Source of the DNA: Corallococcus caeni
GTDB taxonomy: Bacteria > Myxococcota > Myxococcia > Myxococcales > Myxococcaceae
DNA: 64,000 bases
Direction: 5' to 3' (one strand)
Assembly (NCBI RefSeq): GCF_036245885.1
Contig: NZ_BTTX01000008.1
Position 1 is the stretch's first letter, and every line of letters starts with the position of its first letter. The notes beneath the pieces were generated by a model. That model was not told the origin of the DNA. It ran no database searches and saw only the letters and a program-made list of their open reading frames with translations. Position numbers and translations under genes: made by a program. Shown here piece by piece: positions 63,538-64,000 of the stretch.

Positions 63538-64000
63538 CTACGACCAGGCGGCCATGCCGCCAATGCGGCGCAGCATCAGGATGGGGCCGTCGTCCATGCG
63601 CCGGCCGCGCAGGTCGATCTCGCAGTCGATGACCCAGTCCCCATGGCCCTCGGGGTCCATGATGCGCTGCTGGGCCTCCCACTGACGCGTGCCCGCCTCC
63701 TTGAGCTGTGTGTTCGCCGGCTTGCGCGCCTGGGGCGTGAGCACCACCAGCTTGTGCTCCTCGAAGTACGGTGCCATGGCCTGCTCCAGCTTCGGCGCGG
63801 TCCATTCCCCCAGCGCGTTGTCCAGCATGCCCAGCGCGTCCAGATAGCGGCGCTGGCCCAGCGCGCGCAGCAGCCGGTGCAGCTCCTCGCGCACGCGCGC
63901 GGCGAAGGCCTTGGGGTCCTCCGTGAGTTCCTTGGGCTTGAGGTCCACCACCGGCTTCACTTCGACCGGGGCCTCCGGGTTGCGCATCCGCTCCCACTCG
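63538..64000 (-). CDS. C-terminal end of a DUF3516-domain protein (helicase-associated C-terminal domain); gene continues beyond the window
   Basis: ORF 63538..63987 is open to the window edge. The C-terminal sequence ...WVIDCEIDLRGRRMDDGPILMLRRIGGMAAWS resembles DUF3516 tails of large DEAD/DEAH-box helicases. Confidence 0.45.
   Translation of the reverse strand, partial: EWERMRNPEAPVEVKPVVDLKPKELTEDPKAFAARVREELHRLLRALGQRRYLDALGMLDNALGEWTAPKLEQAMAPYFEEHKLVVLTPQARKPANTQLKEAGTRQWEAQQRIMDPEGHGDWVIDCEIDLRGRRMDDGPILMLRRIGGMAAWS

Noticed and set aside
1-64000. Search for CRISPR arrays, IS elements, integrases, phage genes and rRNA
   Set aside because: No direct-repeat/spacer arrays, no transposase, integrase or recombinase-like ORFs, no terminal inverted repeats flanking any gene block and no rRNA-like conserved stretches were seen. 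Composition is uniformly high-GC apart from two short promoter-associated AT-rich islands (11100..11170, 13800..13860).

Overview
The window is a high-GC (~70%) chromosomal segment with myxobacterial character: many lipoproteins, TPR proteins, Hanks-type kinases, a CotH protein, an M6 protease and TonB-dependent receptors. I support about 47 protein-coding genes, and the coding density is high. I found no rRNA, CRISPR array, transposase, integrase or phage genes, and I did not try to search for tRNAs. All calls rest on motif and architecture recognition in the supplied six-frame translations. The ORF track contains many long Arg/Ala/Gly/Pro-rich antisense ORFs that I treat as high-GC artefacts, and many start codons are ambiguous because GTG starts are common.

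Housekeeping genes include ppc, map, mltG, pitA with its DUF47 partner, an alpha-ketoacid dehydrogenase E1 alpha/beta pair, menA, a lytic transglycosylase and an M28 peptidase.

Five regions deserve a second look:
- 27259..39604 (minus strand): a gene string that looks like a partner-switching module built around a STAS-domain-fused membrane Ser/Thr kinase, with a TonB-dependent receptor in the middle.
- 19847..26138 (minus strand): a LOG-family protein, a small membrane protein, a tandem nucleotidyl-cyclase STAND/TPR protein and an acyl-CoA desaturase in one run, with a convergent B12-binding radical SAM gene overlapping its end.
- 12811..14581: a membrane fatty-acid desaturase paired divergently with a heme-oxygenase-like di-iron oxidase, separated by an AT-richer promoter island.
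- 1650..7228 (minus strand): a multiheme cytochrome c operon directly downstream of menA.
- 11140..11158: a perfect 19-bp palindrome in an AT-rich divergent promoter.
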